In this document: positions 63,001 through 64,000 of the stretch, piece by piece
How the letters are laid out: every line of letters begins with the position of its first letter
How positions within the stretch are numbered: position 1 is the first letter of the stretch
Assembly (NCBI RefSeq): GCF_963853765.1
Contig: NC_088855.1
Location: 24,180,001 to 24,244,000, forward strand
Length of the DNA: 64,000 nucleotides
Direction of reading: 5' to 3'
Origin: Magallana gigas
Lineage: Eukaryota
Translations under genes and position numbers: made by a program
Notes under the pieces: model-generated
What the model was told of the DNA's origin: nothing
What the model saw: only the letters and a program-made list of their open reading frames with translations
Databases searched by the model: none

Positions 63001-63097
63001 CGACACTCCATGACTTCTACTTTTATGACAGTACTTCACAACATGGGGATTTTAATGCATTGTGAAACAGTTTAAATCGCCAAACTTTGATGTCTAT

Positions 63098-63175
63098 CAC
63101 TGTGGCGCAATGGGTGTAGCTTAAATTAGACCTACCGACTCGCAGGTCCCAAGTTTGAATACCGCAGGGACTTTT
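63098..63175 (+). pseudogene. tRNA-derived relic (SINE head or transposon-borne)
   Basis: TGGCGCAATGG (A-box-like) and AGTTTGAATACC (B-box-like); no intact cloverleaf. Confidence 0.4.
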
Positions 63176-63479
63176 ATTTTCATGAATAGCGGTGAAATTT
63201 TAAAAAGTTGATTTTCCTCCCAAAAATTGAATTTTTCATGTCATTTTCAGTTTGAACACATGCTAGAAATCCACAAGGATGCTATTAAAGAGAATCTTGT
63301 CCTAGCTAACTCACTCAAACTTCCTTAATAGATGTAATTGTTGACATGTATTTATATCATGATTCCTATTCCCATGGTATTGAATCATATGATTGATATT
63401 TATCATATGACATTGTATAGTATAATATGATATTTTATTGTAAAATATTATGATGGTATGATATTATATCATTTGGTTT

Positions 63480-63942
63480 AGCTGCAGGTCTGTAGCTCCC
63501 AGTCTGAAAAAATTTGGATGGATGACCTAGGAGCTACAGTGCAACCCACTGAAAAAAAACTTAGGCTAGTTTTGGACAGATTAACCTTATTTATATGCAA
63601 TTTTTATGAAAACAGTTAATAACATTAAAATCTTTATGCAATTTACTACTGATACCTCTGATAATTAAAACACATTTTAAACACCATCACCAGCCCAGTA
63701 AATTGAAGTGGGATATTTGTTTACATGTGAAAATGGCGACTCTTACTCTCAATGTAAATTCAAGAAATTTGATTTTCCGAGGTCGGTAGTGTGTTTAACG
63801 ATATCAGTAGTAAATAGCATAAAGAATTTAATTTCGCAGAATTTGCGTATAAATAAAGTTAATCAGTCCAAAACTAGCGCACGTTTTTGTGTGCCATAAA
63901 TACACAATTTTTTTAATGGGTGACACTGTAGCTCCCAGATCA
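63480..63942. repeat. Inverted-repeat element; its left end is also found inverted at ~60810-60872
   Basis: ggagctacagtgcaaccc (~63531) pairs with gggtgacactgtagctccc (~63917). 63482-63540 is the reverse complement of 60812-60872. Confidence 0.55.
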
Positions 63943-64000
63943 CACAGCATTTAGCAGACATGTACATTTCTTGTTTTATTTTAATTCACAGTTTTGGATG

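Overview
Animal nuclear DNA, most likely a Crassostrea/Magallana oyster (inferred from a Helentron-type element carrying a 166-bp Cg170-like satellite). Left to right: (1) the 5' part of ATM on the minus strand (ATG at 18429, more than 35 exons, running off the left edge inside the FAT domain). (2) A transposon-rich block at 19-27 kb that includes a ~3-kb tandem duplication. (3) Two paralogous class A GPCR genes, each with its coding sequence in one exon (minus strand, 27.6-28.8 kb and 39.0-40.3 kb), flanking nested palindromic mobile elements and a 5-exon gene I cannot identify (plus, 35.9-37.8 kb). (4) An uncharacterised multi-exon gene (minus, 46.5-50.7 kb) head-to-head with ZCCHC8 (plus, 50.9-58.9 kb, with an assembly gap). 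(5) Selenoprotein H (minus, 59.5-61.7 kb) with an in-frame TGA in a CxxU motif and a well-formed SECIS. The strongest non-obvious signals are the Sec recoding system, two probable minor-spliceosome (U12) introns plus a probable GC-AG intron in ZCCHC8, and a family of elements with giant terminal palindromes, one copy inserted into another. All alignments were done by eye and no database search was run. I found no evidence I can defend for a wholly new biological system; the unidentified genes and the palindromic elements are the best leads.
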